The notes beneath the pieces are model-generated. The model made no database searches. It was not told where the DNA came from and worked only from the letters and a program-made list of their open reading frames with translations. A stretch of 64,000 bases of DNA from IMG/VR virus record IMGVR_UViG_3300031994_000074. One strand, given 5' to 3'. How positions within the stretch are numbered: the first letter of the stretch is position 1; every line of letters starts with the position of its first letter. The stretch is from an uncultured virus (IMG/VR IMGVR_UViG_3300031994_000074). Its lineage: Duplodnaviria > Heunggongvirae > Uroviricota > Caudoviricetes. Positions 10,193 through 20,377 of the stretch are shown one piece after another. A program made the translations under genes and the position numbers.

Positions 10193-10671
10193 TTTGTTTC
10201 ACCTTCTCCCATAATGCCATATAATTCATCCATGATGGCAGGAATTGTGATTTCATTGATTCGTTTATATTCTTTATCATTGCGGATTTTGTCTTTTGCC
10301 GCGTTTGTTGTTATATTAGCACCGCCACAATATAGCATATCCGAATAATGACGGGCTGTATACGCGGATTTCATCAATTCACAAATGCTCCAGATTTCAC
10401 TGTCGGAAAATGGATTGACGGGAAACAATTCTTTGAATGTATCAAAGCAATTTTTATTTTTGTTGAATACTTCATAATCAAAATGACTACAAGATTGAAT
10501 ATCACGGGATTTTTTCGGATTTTTATTGTTCGTAAACGATACGATGTATCCGATTCCCCAATACAAGCCACAATCAAAGTTTGCATTTTCAAGATAATAT
10601 TTGATTCCATCTTTATCTTGTCCAAGAAGGAAATATTTTTTTCCATGCCATGTAAAAACGTACTTATTCAT
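10189..10671 (-). CDS. hypothetical protein (leftward cassette)
   Basis: 160-aa ORF overlapping the FtsK start. Confidence 0.7.
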   Translation of the reverse strand: MNKYVFTWHGKKYFLLGQDKDGIKYYLENANFDCGLYWGIGYIVSFTNNKNPKKSRDIQSCSHFDYEVFNKNKNCFDTFKELFPVNPFSDSEIWSICELMKSAYTARHYSDMLYCGGANITTNAAKDKIRNDKEYKRINEITIPAIMDELYGIMGEGETN

Positions 10672-10683
10672 TTTTTGCCCTCC

Positions 10684-11403
10684 TTAAAACGCTTTATATT
10701 CGTATTCGGTATGAGTATGTGATCCGCATATCATTTCCAACGTTGTATCTTCCGGACTGATACCTGCATAATCGCACACAATTCGTTTATAATCTTCATC
10801 GGTCCGGGCCTGGCAATCCGCGACAATGTAGCCGTACACGGTAAAGCCTTCTGTATCGTTATCGTTTTCATAGTCTGTTATAGAAAATTCCTTTGCGCAA
10901 CCCATCCAGATATCACCGGCTTCGTCAATTTCTTGTCCCGTGTAGAAGTCTGTACAATAAACAATATCGGCATAATCTCCCTGGCAGTATCCGCGTGCGC
11001 TGGATACGTCCCATTTGTGGCCGGTTATAATGGTCAGGAAGGCGGCTATATCTTCCGGTTTATCTTCATTCGCATTTTCGGACCATTTACGCAAGCGAGC
11101 GCATGTCGTCGGATTAAAGCGGATATTTTCATCTTCCATTGCTTGTTTATACGTCGCCATGCTGCCGTCGTAATTCCTGCCGCCATTGTCAACATAATTA
11201 AAGCCGTCCAGGATCCTTCCGGCCCGTTGCGTTACTTCTTTGTATTCGTCGATATTCAATCCGGACAAGCGGCCGTATCCTTCATTTTGAATGATAAACA
11301 GTGTATAACAGAAGTCGCCTGCGCGGCTTGTGAACGTATCACCGTCAAAATAAAATCCCAATTCCGCACATTCCGGTTCAATTTCTCTAATAAGATGTTT
11401 CAT
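10684..11403 (-). CDS. hypothetical protein (leftward cassette)
   Basis: acidic ORF; MKHLIRE start after ggaggg; RGYCQGDY motif. Confidence 0.7.
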   Translation of the reverse strand: MKHLIREIEPECAELGFYFDGDTFTSRAGDFCYTLFIIQNEGYGRLSGLNIDEYKEVTQRAGRILDGFNYVDNGGRNYDGSMATYKQAMEDENIRFNPTTCARLRKWSENANEDKPEDIAAFLTIITGHKWDVSSARGYCQGDYADIVYCTDFYTGQEIDEAGDIWMGCAKEFSITDYENDNDTEGFTVYGYIVADCQARTDEDYKRIVCDYAGISPEDTTLEMICGSHTHTEYEYKAF

Positions 11404-11515
11404 TGCTTTATCCCTCCGTTTATTATTGAGAAGTGCTTTATACTTCTCTTTTCTGTTTTCCGCTGGATTGACAGAAAACAGAAAAGAGAAGGCCGGGACC
11501 GGTCCCGGCCGCATG

Positions 11516-12238
11516 TTAAATAATCTCAAAATGAATATGCTGGAAAATTAAACACGCGCCGCGGCTCCAATTTCCAGTTATGCAGCCTTCAAACGCCATC
11601 CATTCGCCGCGCTTGCATTCTTTCCCGTTAAATTCATGCGGAATAGTACAGCGGGATATATAATCCGGATGTTCGCGGCGGATCCTGTCAAAATCGGCTT
11701 TTTTAATCTCAATCATTTTATTAAACCTCCGTTTGCTATCATTCGTGCATTGTTAAAAACGAAATAGCGGTTGTGATAATGATGTAACCAGTCGCGGCCG
11801 CCTTCCGTTATTGTTTTATAAATAGCAGGATAAGCGAGCTTTATAACGGTTAAATAATCGTTCATTGTTTCCGGCGGTGTTTCCAGGCAGGTTATAGCGT
11901 TTTGTATATCTTCTTTTCGTGAGTTCGGGCCTATACCGTCGATCCGTGTCATTCCGGCGCTTTTTAGCGCATTGTCGTATTGCCGCAATAATTCCATTTT
12001 AGTCATTGTTTTTTACCTCTTTCAGGATATAAAGCGCTTGTACGGCGCCGTATAACCAGCCGTTAAGATAGTCAATATTTTCGCAATAATGAACATATGT
12101 TTTAGAATCGGCGGGCGAGTAAACATAGAATCCGGGGCCATAATCCTGTCGTATGATTTTAACCGGCCCGTAATTGTGACAGAATGCGTGCAGGTTTTTT
12201 TCTATTGTTTCCTGCTGCTTTTTTGTTAATTCTTTCAT
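11516..12238 (-). CDS. three small tandem hypothetical genes (11516-11716, 11713-12006, 11999-12238)
   Basis: overlapping start/stop codons and RBSs. Confidence 0.6.
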
Positions 12239-12345
12239 GTGTAGCGCCTCCCGTGATAAAGTAGGAAACAGATTTGTTTCCCCTGTGCCAGATCCGGCAC
12301 GGGCCGGGTCCGGTACAGGAAAAGCGGCTTGCGCCGCTTGTTCCC

Positions 12346-13550
12346 TTACTTGTAAAACCATCGTGTTATCTTTTCAGAAAAGCCGCCATTTTCAGGATAT
12401 ACAACCCCAATTGAAGGAGCATAGCCGCAATAGACAAGCCGCAGGCCGCAAAAGTCGGTAAATTCTTTAGACAAGCGAGCGGCCCATTTCCTTTCTTTTT
12501 CTTCACTGTATTTTGTGCTTGCCTTGTTGCATGTTCTTTCATCATTGGCAAGATACAGATTCGTTTCCGCAAGGCCGCAAAGCCTATAAAAACTATTCAT
12601 CAGGTGGCGCGCGGTTTTATAATCTTCCTCTGTTGGTTTATCGGTTCGGAATGCTACCAGGTTATTCAATTCTTTTTCGCGAAGCTGCGCAATTGTTAAA
12701 CGTGACATTTTATTGTACCTCCATATTTTTTATTGTGAGAAAAGCGGTTGTTTTCTCAATTCAACGGCCGGTTATATTCGGCCGTTGTACAGAAAAAACA
12801 TTGTTAGATTCTGAATCCGGTTTTTTCGTCATAGTGAATAAGCGGGGAAGAAGTAGACAACTCTGTATCTTCCAGCCGCTTATATATTATTTGTTCGCGG
12901 ATAGTCGCCATTTTGATATGATTATTTTCGCGGTTTAATCGGCTCCGCAAGTCGCATATGGCGTCGGAACAATTATCATATTCCATCGTCATATCCGCGT
13001 ATGAATTGGAATTGTGCCATAAGTGCAGCGAATAATATACAAAAGGATTTTCTTCTTTCCATTCAGACGGAACAATAATACTTGCCATTTTTCAATTCCT
13101 CCACCCTGGATTTATGCAGCATTTTCAACGGGCAATTCTTTGATAAATTTTCTTCCGAAATTGCCATTATCAAGCCATGTATCTTCAACAACATAATGAG
13201 CAACAACAGTATGATTTATTTTGATTGTTATTTCATACATAAAAGAATATTCGCCGTTATATGGCATATCTGAATATTCGTATATATCGCCGTTTTCAAA
13301 TTTATACATTGCATATCCAATTTCATTAAAAACAAGTTTGCTCTTCATGTTAATATGATCATTAACCCATTGTGCTATTTGTTCACGATTCATCATTTTA
13401 TTTTTCCTCCTTTTCAACAACAATTCTTGGAACAATGATCGCTTTCACGGTCCGTTCTTCGATGTCCATTACCTTCACCGCGGTGCAGTGAAAGCCAGGG
13501 AAATAAGCATCCTCCGTTGAAATGATCGAATATTGCACGTTGTTAATCAT
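12346..13550 (-). CDS. four small hypothetical genes (12346-12708, 12804-13088, 13112-~13396, ~13398-13550)
   Basis: each preceded by a ggagg-type RBS; AT-rich. Confidence 0.6.
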
Positions 13551-14018
13551 TGATTAATTCCTCCTGCTATAATGTTTTGTCTTATGCTGTACACAGCAAG
13601 CGCGGCGCGCTCGCTGTATCCGGCACAAGGCCGGGGCCGTATGTACGCCATAACTTGTAACAACTCTGTTTCCCTGTTTCCGTTGCGTATAACCGGCGGC
13701 AAGCCGCCTTCCGGCCGTGTGTTCATGCTGTCAATCTATCGGATAAAATCAATCGTTTCATTATTGGTATCGGGCACGTTTTATTCCTGTTTCCAGGTAT
13801 CCCGACTTATTACCGCAACCGGCCCGCATGATAAAGGCCGGGTTTTATTGTCCAGGGTTATTGATCCGGTGCCATTTCGCCGGCCGTGCGTGTCGTCGCA
13901 TGCGTTGCTGCTCCGGTTCAGGATTGCAGCCGCCGCTATCGTCGCGGCCCGCGGGTTCATGGCCCGGGGTTCAGTTGTCAAGGTTCGCCGCAGCGCTGTT
14001 TTCTTTGCTGCATACACA

Positions 14019-14046
14019 AAATACCACAAGTAAACGTATATGTCAA
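14019..14046 (-). promoter_or_regulatory. sigma-A-type promoter of the leftward cassette
   Basis: minus strand TTGACA-17 bp (ending TGG)-TATTTT. Confidence 0.6.
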
Positions 14047-14126
14047 GTGTAAATGTATAATAATTTTATGAATTTATGTAAATTCTTTTCTTTCATATTA
14101 TATGTAAACATGCAACGATAATATAT

Positions 14127-14195
14127 TGTGGATAAATTGTGAATAATTTATGATCCTGTGGATAAACCTGTGGATAACCCGCGGGGTTATCCACA
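14127..14195. promoter_or_regulatory. cluster of five DnaA boxes
   Basis: TGTGGATAA at 14127, 14157 and 14169; TGTGAATAA at 14138; TTATCCACA at 14187. Confidence 0.75.
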
Positions 14196-14270
14196 GCCCG
14201 GCCCCCGGGTGTTGCTAACCTCCCCACGCACAAAAATTACAAAAAAAGATCAAAATATACAAATATACAC

Positions 14271-14299
14271 TTGACATAAATGTAAACAGCCAATATAAT
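14271..14299 (+). promoter_or_regulatory. consensus sigma-A promoter
   Basis: TTGACA-17 bp-TATAAT upstream of the recombinase. Confidence 0.8.
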
Positions 14300-14324
14300 G
14301 TCACTTGAAAGGAAGGTGCATCCA

Positions 14325-15116
14325 ATGAGTAACGAATCAACTGAAACTATTCGCGCCATGAAATCCGCGATTGGGTACATTCGTGTTTCCACGGAGAATC
14401 AGGCGGGGGACGATAAGTATGGAATCGAATCGCAGAGGAAGGCGATACTGGACTATGCGGATAAGAACGGGTACAGCATTGTCATGTGGAAGGTGGATGA
14501 GATCAGCGGAGTGAAGGATGATCGTCCGGCCATGAATGAGATTTTGTTTGGCGAGACGATTATGAACCCGCCGATTCAGGCGGTCATTGCGTTCAAGAGT
14601 GACCGGATCGCCAGGGACATGAAGCTGTATTTTTACTACCTGTACGTGTTGGAGAAGCGCAACATCAAACTGCTGTCCACGGAAGAAACCTTTGATGACA
14701 GCAACGGCTTTGCCGGAGTATACAGGTCATTGCTGATGTTTGTTGCGGAACAGGAGCGGCGGAACATTGCACTGCGGACTACTCGCGGACGGAGTATCAA
14801 AGCTGCGTGCGGAGGATACAGCGGCGGACGTGCCCCGTATGGGTACAAGGCTGTTGGCGGGCGGTTGGTGATCAATGAAGAAGAGCGTCCCGTTGTGGAG
14901 TACATTTTCAAGAGACATGCTGAAAAGGTTGCAATGCTGCGGATCAGCGAAGAACTGAATGAGCATGGATACAAGACCAGGCGTGGCGGGCCGTTCTATG
15001 CGTCGAATGTGAAAAGCATTGTGGATAGAGAGCCGTTTTATCGCGGAAAGTACAAGTACGGCGGAGACGATGCGCCGTGGGTAGATGGCGTGCATGAACC
15101 GATCCTGGACAGGTAA
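14325..15116 (+). CDS. serine recombinase (resolvase domain plus short recombinase domain)
   Basis: GYIRVST catalytic Ser, SDRIARD, AEQERRNIALRT, GGRAPYGY. Confidence 0.92.
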   Translation: MSNESTETIRAMKSAIGYIRVSTENQAGDDKYGIESQRKAILDYADKNGYSIVMWKVDEISGVKDDRPAMNEILFGETIMNPPIQAVIAFKSDRIARDMKLYFYYLYVLEKRNIKLLSTEETFDDSNGFAGVYRSLLMFVAEQERRNIALRTTRGRSIKAACGGYSGGRAPYGYKAVGGRLVINEEERPVVEYIFKRHAEKVAMLRISEELNEHGYKTRRGGPFYASNVKSIVDREPFYRGKYKYGGDDAPWVDGVHEPILDR

Positions 15117-15167
15117 TGAGTGAATTGTATGCATAATTGCGGAATGTAATAACGGAGGGAATTAAGC

Positions 15168-15368
15168 ATGCCGATGAAGAAAGAATCTGCACAGATAACT
15201 ATTGCTGACCTGAACAAACTACATCTTCCGGACGATGCGAAGCTGGATGCAGAGTGGACGGATGCCGCCGGGTATCACCGTGCGCCGGTGACAGGCGCGT
15301 GGGAGAGCGAGAGCGGAAGCGTGGTTATGACGGTCGGGAATGATCCGATGGACAAAGAAAAAGTGTGA
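15168..15368 (+). CDS. hypothetical protein
   Basis: ORF with ggaggg RBS. Confidence 0.5.
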   Translation: MPMKKESAQITIADLNKLHLPDDAKLDAEWTDAAGYHRAPVTGAWESESGSVVMTVGNDPMDKEKV

Positions 15369-15391
15369 TTGCAGGAACGGAGGAAAAGAGT

Positions 15392-15793
15392 ATGAAGCGT
15401 ATTATCAGTCTGGTGCTGCTTGTGGCGGCGATGGTTGGCGTGTTTGGGGCCGCGTGCGGGGACGAGTGGGAGAGCTATTCGGACGGGATTGTGAGCAATG
15501 CGGAGACAGTTATTGGGGATCTGCGGGAAGAGTGCGCCGGGAATGGCGGAAGGCTGGATAAGGAGCGCATTGAGCTGTTTTACAGGTTTTATCAGCTGTG
15601 GATCTCGGCAAAGCAGGTCCGTGCGATGGCGAGCGTTGACTATCATACGATTGTGATCATGGACAAGGTGGACCCGTATGCAACGTCGCAGAAGGTTGCG
15701 GCGGAAACGTGGGGGAAGTATCTGAGTGGGGAAGTGGATGCAGAGAAGATGGTGAAGGTGCTGATCGCGCTCACGGATGAGATTGGGAAATAA
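15392..15793 (+). CDS. secreted protein or lipoprotein
   Basis: signal peptide MKRIISLVLLVAAMVGVFGAAC. Confidence 0.6.
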   Translation: MKRIISLVLLVAAMVGVFGAACGDEWESYSDGIVSNAETVIGDLREECAGNGGRLDKERIELFYRFYQLWISAKQVRAMASVDYHTIVIMDKVDPYATSQKVAAETWGKYLSGEVDAEKMVKVLIALTDEIGK

Positions 15794-15855
15794 TGTTTGA
15801 TAAAAGCCCCCGTATTGCGCTCTTTTTGAAAAAATCCGAAAAATGTAAAAAGGGA

Positions 15856-16077
15856 ATGAGCGACATGAATCAAAAGGAACTGAAACCATGTCCGTTCTGC
15901 GGAGGGATTGCTGAAATATGTCAGCTGCCGGATACGCCGAAGGATATTCGGTCTGGCATGTGGGTAGTCGGCTGCGACGGACCGAACGGAAATTTGTGCC
16001 CTGGGTACAGATATAAGTTGACGCCGTTTTACACAGCAAAGGAATTGGCGATTAATATGTGGAATGAAAGGAGGTAA
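15856..16077 (+). CDS. Lar-like restriction-alleviation family zinc-finger protein
   Basis: ELKPCPFCGG...AINMWNER. Confidence 0.7.
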   Translation: MSDMNQKELKPCPFCGGIAEICQLPDTPKDIRSGMWVVGCDGPNGNLCPGYRYKLTPFYTAKELAINMWNERR

Positions 16078-16082
16078 CGAAT

Positions 16083-16316
16083 ATGGGCGTAGGATTTGTA
16101 CTGTTTCTTCTGATTGGAATCATTACGGGCAGCTGGGGACCGGCAGCGATTGTCGGTATTCTTGTCGGGGCTGTTGTGTTTATGTTCCAGGAAGACGCGG
16201 CGGACATGCGCGCGTATTATAACCGCAGGGATTACTGGGCATATGGGAAGGAGCCGGACTGGAAGCGGAGCCAGCGTCAGAAACAGCGTGACCGGAACTG
16301 CCTGAACAGGAGATGA
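16083..16316 (+). CDS. small membrane protein
   Basis: two hydrophobic segments; ggagg RBS. Confidence 0.6.
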   Translation: MGVGFVLFLLIGIITGSWGPAAIVGILVGAVVFMFQEDAADMRAYYNRRDYWAYGKEPDWKRSQRQKQRDRNCLNRR

Positions 16317-16322
16317 TATGAT

Positions 16323-16715
16323 ATGATTGTAACGAAAGTGCTTTGTGACAACTGCGGGAAAGAAATTGAAGGGAAACCGTTTGTGATCCTGAAGGTAAAT
16401 TACGGGCGAGACAATCATTACTGTTTCGAGTGCGGAAAAGTGTTGCTGGATGGGTGGAACGCTGCGGCGCGACAAAGCCAGATAGATATGGGGCTGAGAG
16501 AGCCGGAAGAAAGAAGCGCGGAGCAAGAAGCGCTGGCTGCTGAGAATGTAGGAATTGGGTGGATTGCGGATCTGTTGGCGCGGAACGGAGTACAGTGGCC
16601 GAACAGAAGCGACGACATAGGTGATACAGAGACGCTGCGCCTGATGTGGAATCGGATTATCCGGGAGCATCTGGCGGCCGCCATTGCAAACCGGAAGAAA
16701 AAGGAACGTCCGTAA
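16323..16715 (+). CDS. hypothetical zinc-ribbon protein
   Basis: CDNCG...CFEC. Confidence 0.6.
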   Translation: MIVTKVLCDNCGKEIEGKPFVILKVNYGRDNHYCFECGKVLLDGWNAAARQSQIDMGLREPEERSAEQEALAAENVGIGWIADLLARNGVQWPNRSDDIGDTETLRLMWNRIIREHLAAAIANRKKKERP

Positions 16716-16766
16716 TTTTTTTACGGAAGAGTAACACAAATCGTGAACAGGAGGATGCGATAAGAA

Positions 16767-17078
16767 ATGAAGAGGGCTATACTTGTTCTGATGCTGGTTG
16801 TGATGGTTTTTGTGCTTACGTCCTGCACAGAGTCGGACAGGGTGCGGCACAATCTGAAACGGGAAGCGGACGATTTTAACGTCCGGCGGCGGATTACGGT
16901 ACTGAACACCCGGACGGACAAGCCGATGATGCAGATTACAGGGCTGCTGTCGATCAATCTGGACGATGACGGGGATCTGAACATCACGATTGAGAAGGCG
17001 CCGGGGGAATATGTGCTGAACTATGCGCATCTGAGCCAGGACACGACGTATATTGTGGAGCAGATTGAGACAAAATAG
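16767..17078 (+). CDS. phage lipoprotein, possibly prematurely stopped (frame continues to 17162)
   Basis: lipobox LTSC; RRITVLNTRTD; TAG followed in frame by VSKYQYEIIFYP. Confidence 0.7.
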   Translation: MKRAILVLMLVVMVFVLTSCTESDRVRHNLKREADDFNVRRRITVLNTRTDKPMMQITGLLSINLDDDGDLNITIEKAPGEYVLNYAHLSQDTTYIVEQIETK

Positions 17079-17163
17079 GTCAGCAAGTACCAGTATGAGA
17101 TCATTTTCTACCCGAAGAGTCTGGTTAGCGGGTGGTTTGACGTGAAGATATCAGACGATTGAG

Positions 17164-17833
17164 GTGGCAGGCATGAAAGAGTGGATCCCAGCAGATACGC
17201 GCCCGAGCGGCATTACGTTTATATGCCCGTATTGCAACGGGCAGGTGACGTACTACCACGGGAGCAGCAGTAAGAGCCGGAGATTGAGCGGCACGGTGAA
17301 GCGGTGTCTGTACGAGTATTGCCCGTGGTGTCAGGAAAAGGTAGAGCCGTACAGGGCGAATATATTGCAGGAGTAACAGAACGAAGAAAAAGGAAGGGTC
17401 GGGGAAGTGAATGGATAGGATTGATATACATGAAGCAACAATAAACGTAAAAATGAAAAGGCAAATAACCATTAAAGCAACCAGATGCATTGCTTGCGGT
17501 AAGTGGGAATGTCCGGAATACGATCATGAAAAGTATGAAGCATTAATTATCGGTGAAGCAGCTGGGCTTTGTGAATCGTGTAGGAGAGCTATTGAATGGG
17601 CGAAGGAAAAGATGGAAGGTCGGTGAAGTGAAATGGACGTTCAAATTCACGAATGTCATCGAAACAATCTTTGCTTTGAGTGTGATAACAAAAAGTGTTG
17701 GCACGCAGGTGAATTGATTGCAGATTGCCCGTTATGGAAGTGTAATAGGGAAGGCAAACAGTTTGAAGATTGTGAATCATGTGAATTATTGAAACAGATT
17801 CATGCGGAAGGACAGGTGAATCAGAATGCTTGA
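17164..17833 (+). CDS. three small Cys-rich hypothetical genes (17164-17376, 17411-17626, 17633-17833)
   Basis: CxxC pairs; tandem arrangement. Confidence 0.55.
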
Positions 17834-18368
17834 CATTTGGGACTATCAGCGGCTGGCCATGCGGACCAGCCCGGACGGACACGACCGGATACTGAATGGC
17901 TGTATGGGCCTGATCGGTGAATCCGGCGAAGTGGTGGACATCGTGAAGAAGTGGAAGTTCCAGAGCGGTGACGACGCGGAACTGCCGAAGGATAAGATGA
18001 TCGAGGAGTTGGGAGACGTGCTCTGGTATTGCGCGGAGATCAGTACCGGGATTGGATCTGACATGATCCTTGCGCCGGAGAGGTTTGGACTGAATGGCCG
18101 GACCTATGACGGAAAGCCCCTTCTGGAAGCACTAGCATTGTTTCTGGCAAAGCTCGCGCAGAATATGACGGACGCGCTGATGCATCCGGATGAGTGGTCG
18201 CCTGATCCGATGTATGTTATGGCCTGCATAATGGACGTGATCGGATACATGCTAAAGACATACTGCGGATCCACACTGGAGGAATGCATGGGGCGGAACA
18301 TTGAAAAGCTGAAGCGCAGATACCCTGACGGATTCTCGCCGGAAAGGAGCCTGCATCGGGAGGGATGA
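17826..18368 (+). CDS. MazG-like nucleoside triphosphate pyrophosphohydrolase
   Basis: YQRLAMRT, GLIGESGEVVD, EELGDVLWY, NIEKLKRRYPDGF. Confidence 0.85.
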   Translation: MLDIWDYQRLAMRTSPDGHDRILNGCMGLIGESGEVVDIVKKWKFQSGDDAELPKDKMIEELGDVLWYCAEISTGIGSDMILAPERFGLNGRTYDGKPLLEALALFLAKLAQNMTDALMHPDEWSPDPMYVMACIMDVIGYMLKTYCGSTLEECMGRNIEKLKRRYPDGFSPERSLHREG

Positions 18369-18371
18369 GCT

Positions 18372-18587
18372 ATGGCGCAGTATTGTCGGTATTGTTCGTA
18401 TTTTGTTACAGGCAACGGGAATTATTGCGAGAAGAAGGGAACGAATCCGTCCGACAGTTACGCAAAGCACAGCAATCGATGCAAATACTTTGAACTGAAT
18501 CCGATGGATGCTTACTTTGAGAACGAAAACGGTTATCAACCAAGAAAATCGAAGAAGAACGACGGGGAACAGCTTCGGTTTGCGTGA
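18372..18587 (+). CDS. hypothetical Cys-rich protein
   Basis: ORF with RBS. Confidence 0.5.
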   Translation: MAQYCRYCSYFVTGNGNYCEKKGTNPSDSYAKHSNRCKYFELNPMDAYFENENGYQPRKSKKNDGEQLRFA

Positions 18588-18668
18588 AATAATGTGATGG
18601 ACTGAACAGAACCGATCAATTACATGCGCAGTATTGCGAATGGGGGATGATACAGAGAGGGGATATCC

Positions 18669-20366
18669 ATGACAGAACGGGAGAAGATCGAGCGGTATGT
18701 GGATGCGCGGCCGGAAGAGCCGCTGGCGTATCAGGATGCTTTGGCGCTGTACAAGGCCGGGATGGACCGGGCCGGGGACGGCGTACTGGTGCTGTACGGA
18801 GAGGACGATGTGCTGCGGCGCGTCCGGGCAGATCGGGCGTGGCACGACGCGAACAGGGCGCTGCGGGACAGGCTGAGCGGCGCCATGCGGAAGATGGCGG
18901 CGGAAGGCAAACCCGGGCTGGAACGCATGAACGAGCTGTACTATCAGAGCTTGCTGATGGATGCGAGGGTCTCTCTGGACGCATATATGCTTTACATAGA
19001 GAAGAACAGAGAAGCAAGAAAACGGTTTTATGTTCCGCGGCGGAAGCAGTTGTTGCAAGTGGTTGAACTGCTTCAGGATCTTGCGGATGACAAACTGGAT
19101 TTGTTGGCAATCAGTCTTCCACCAGGCGTGGGCAAAACGACTACGGCGATATTTTTCCTGACGTGGATGGCAGGGAAGTATCCGGAAGAATGTATGCTTA
19201 CCGGCAGCCACAGCAATGCGTTTGTGCGCGGCGTATATGATGAATGCCTGCGGATATTTGATCCGAACGGAGATTATCTGTGGGGCGATGTGTTTCCGGA
19301 CGTAAAGGTGTCCAATACGAACGCGAAGGATTGCCGGATTGACCTTGGGAAACGGAAACGTTTTGAGACATTGGAATTTACGTCAATCGGAACAGGAAAT
19401 GCCGGTTTGTATCGTGCGAGTCGGCTGCTATACGCTGACGATTTGATCTCAGGTTTGGAAGTTGCACTGAGCAGGGAACGTTTGGACAAACTGTGGGAAA
19501 CATATACGACAGACCTTCGACAGCGTAAAATCGGAGATCATTGCAAAGAGCTACATGTCAGCACGCATTGGTCTACCGCAGATCCGGTATCGCGATTGCA
19601 ACGGCAATATGAAGATGATCCGCGAGCAAAGTTTGTTGCACTTCCAGCATTGAACGAAAACGATGAAAGCAACTTCGACTATATGTATGGCGTCGGATTT
19701 TCGACGGAGTTTTATCGTGAACAACGTGAGATCATGGATGATGTTTCTTGGAAAGCGTTATACATGAATCAGCCAGTCGAGAGAGAAGGCTTGCTTTATC
19801 ATTCAGACGAGTTGCAACGGTATTTTGACCTGCCGGATCGGACACCGGACGCCATTCTGTGCGTATGCGATACGAAGGACAAGGGGACGGATTACTGCTC
19901 CATGCCGATTCTGTATCAATACGGCGATAAGTATTTTGTGGAGGACGTCGTATATGACAATAGCAATCCGGAAATTGTGGAGACAAGACTTGTGGAAAAG
20001 TGCCTGAAACACAAGGTCCATATGGGTCAGTTTGAAAGCAACAGCGCTGGCGGACGGATCGCGCAAAGCGTTCAGGAACGGATCAAACAGCAGGGCGGAC
20101 GGACAAAACTGACGACAAAATATACGACGCAGAACAAGGAAACTCGGATTATTGTCGCAAGCCCGTTTGTGAAGGAACACTTTTATTTCAAGGATGACAG
20201 CGTGGTGACGGACAAGGAATACAAGAAGTTTCTGAACGCGGTATGTTCGTATTCGATGGCGTCACGGAACAAGAACGATGACTCGGTGGACAGCCTGGCG
20301 ATGTGCGCGGAATACGTTCAGTCGTTCAGCACGCAGAAAGTACAGGTGTTTGCGAGACCGTTTTAA
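18669..20366 (+). CDS. terL: terminase large subunit
   Basis: ISLPPGVGKT Walker A, YADD Walker B, ALYMNQP, CDT and NDDSVDS nuclease acidic residues. Confidence 0.92.
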   Translation: MTEREKIERYVDARPEEPLAYQDALALYKAGMDRAGDGVLVLYGEDDVLRRVRADRAWHDANRALRDRLSGAMRKMAAEGKPGLERMNELYYQSLLMDARVSLDAYMLYIEKNREARKRFYVPRRKQLLQVVELLQDLADDKLDLLAISLPPGVGKTTTAIFFLTWMAGKYPEECMLTGSHSNAFVRGVYDECLRIFDPNGDYLWGDVFPDVKVSNTNAKDCRIDLGKRKRFETLEFTSIGTGNAGLYRASRLLYADDLISGLEVALSRERLDKLWETYTTDLRQRKIGDHCKELHVSTHWSTADPVSRLQRQYEDDPRAKFVALPALNENDESNFDYMYGVGFSTEFYREQREIMDDVSWKALYMNQPVEREGLLYHSDELQRYFDLPDRTPDAILCVCDTKDKGTDYCSMPILYQYGDKYFVEDVVYDNSNPEIVETRLVEKCLKHKVHMGQFESNSAGGRIAQSVQERIKQQGGRTKLTTKYTTQNKETRIIVASPFVKEHFYFKDDSVVTDKEYKKFLNAVCSYSMASRNKNDDSVDSLAMCAEYVQSFSTQKVQVFARPF

Positions 20367-20377
20367 GGAGATTCAGT

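Noticed and set aside
17076..17078. Genome-wide TAG stop-codon reassignment
   Set aside because: Only one suspicious TAG; long genes are intact in the standard code and no suppressor tRNA is seen
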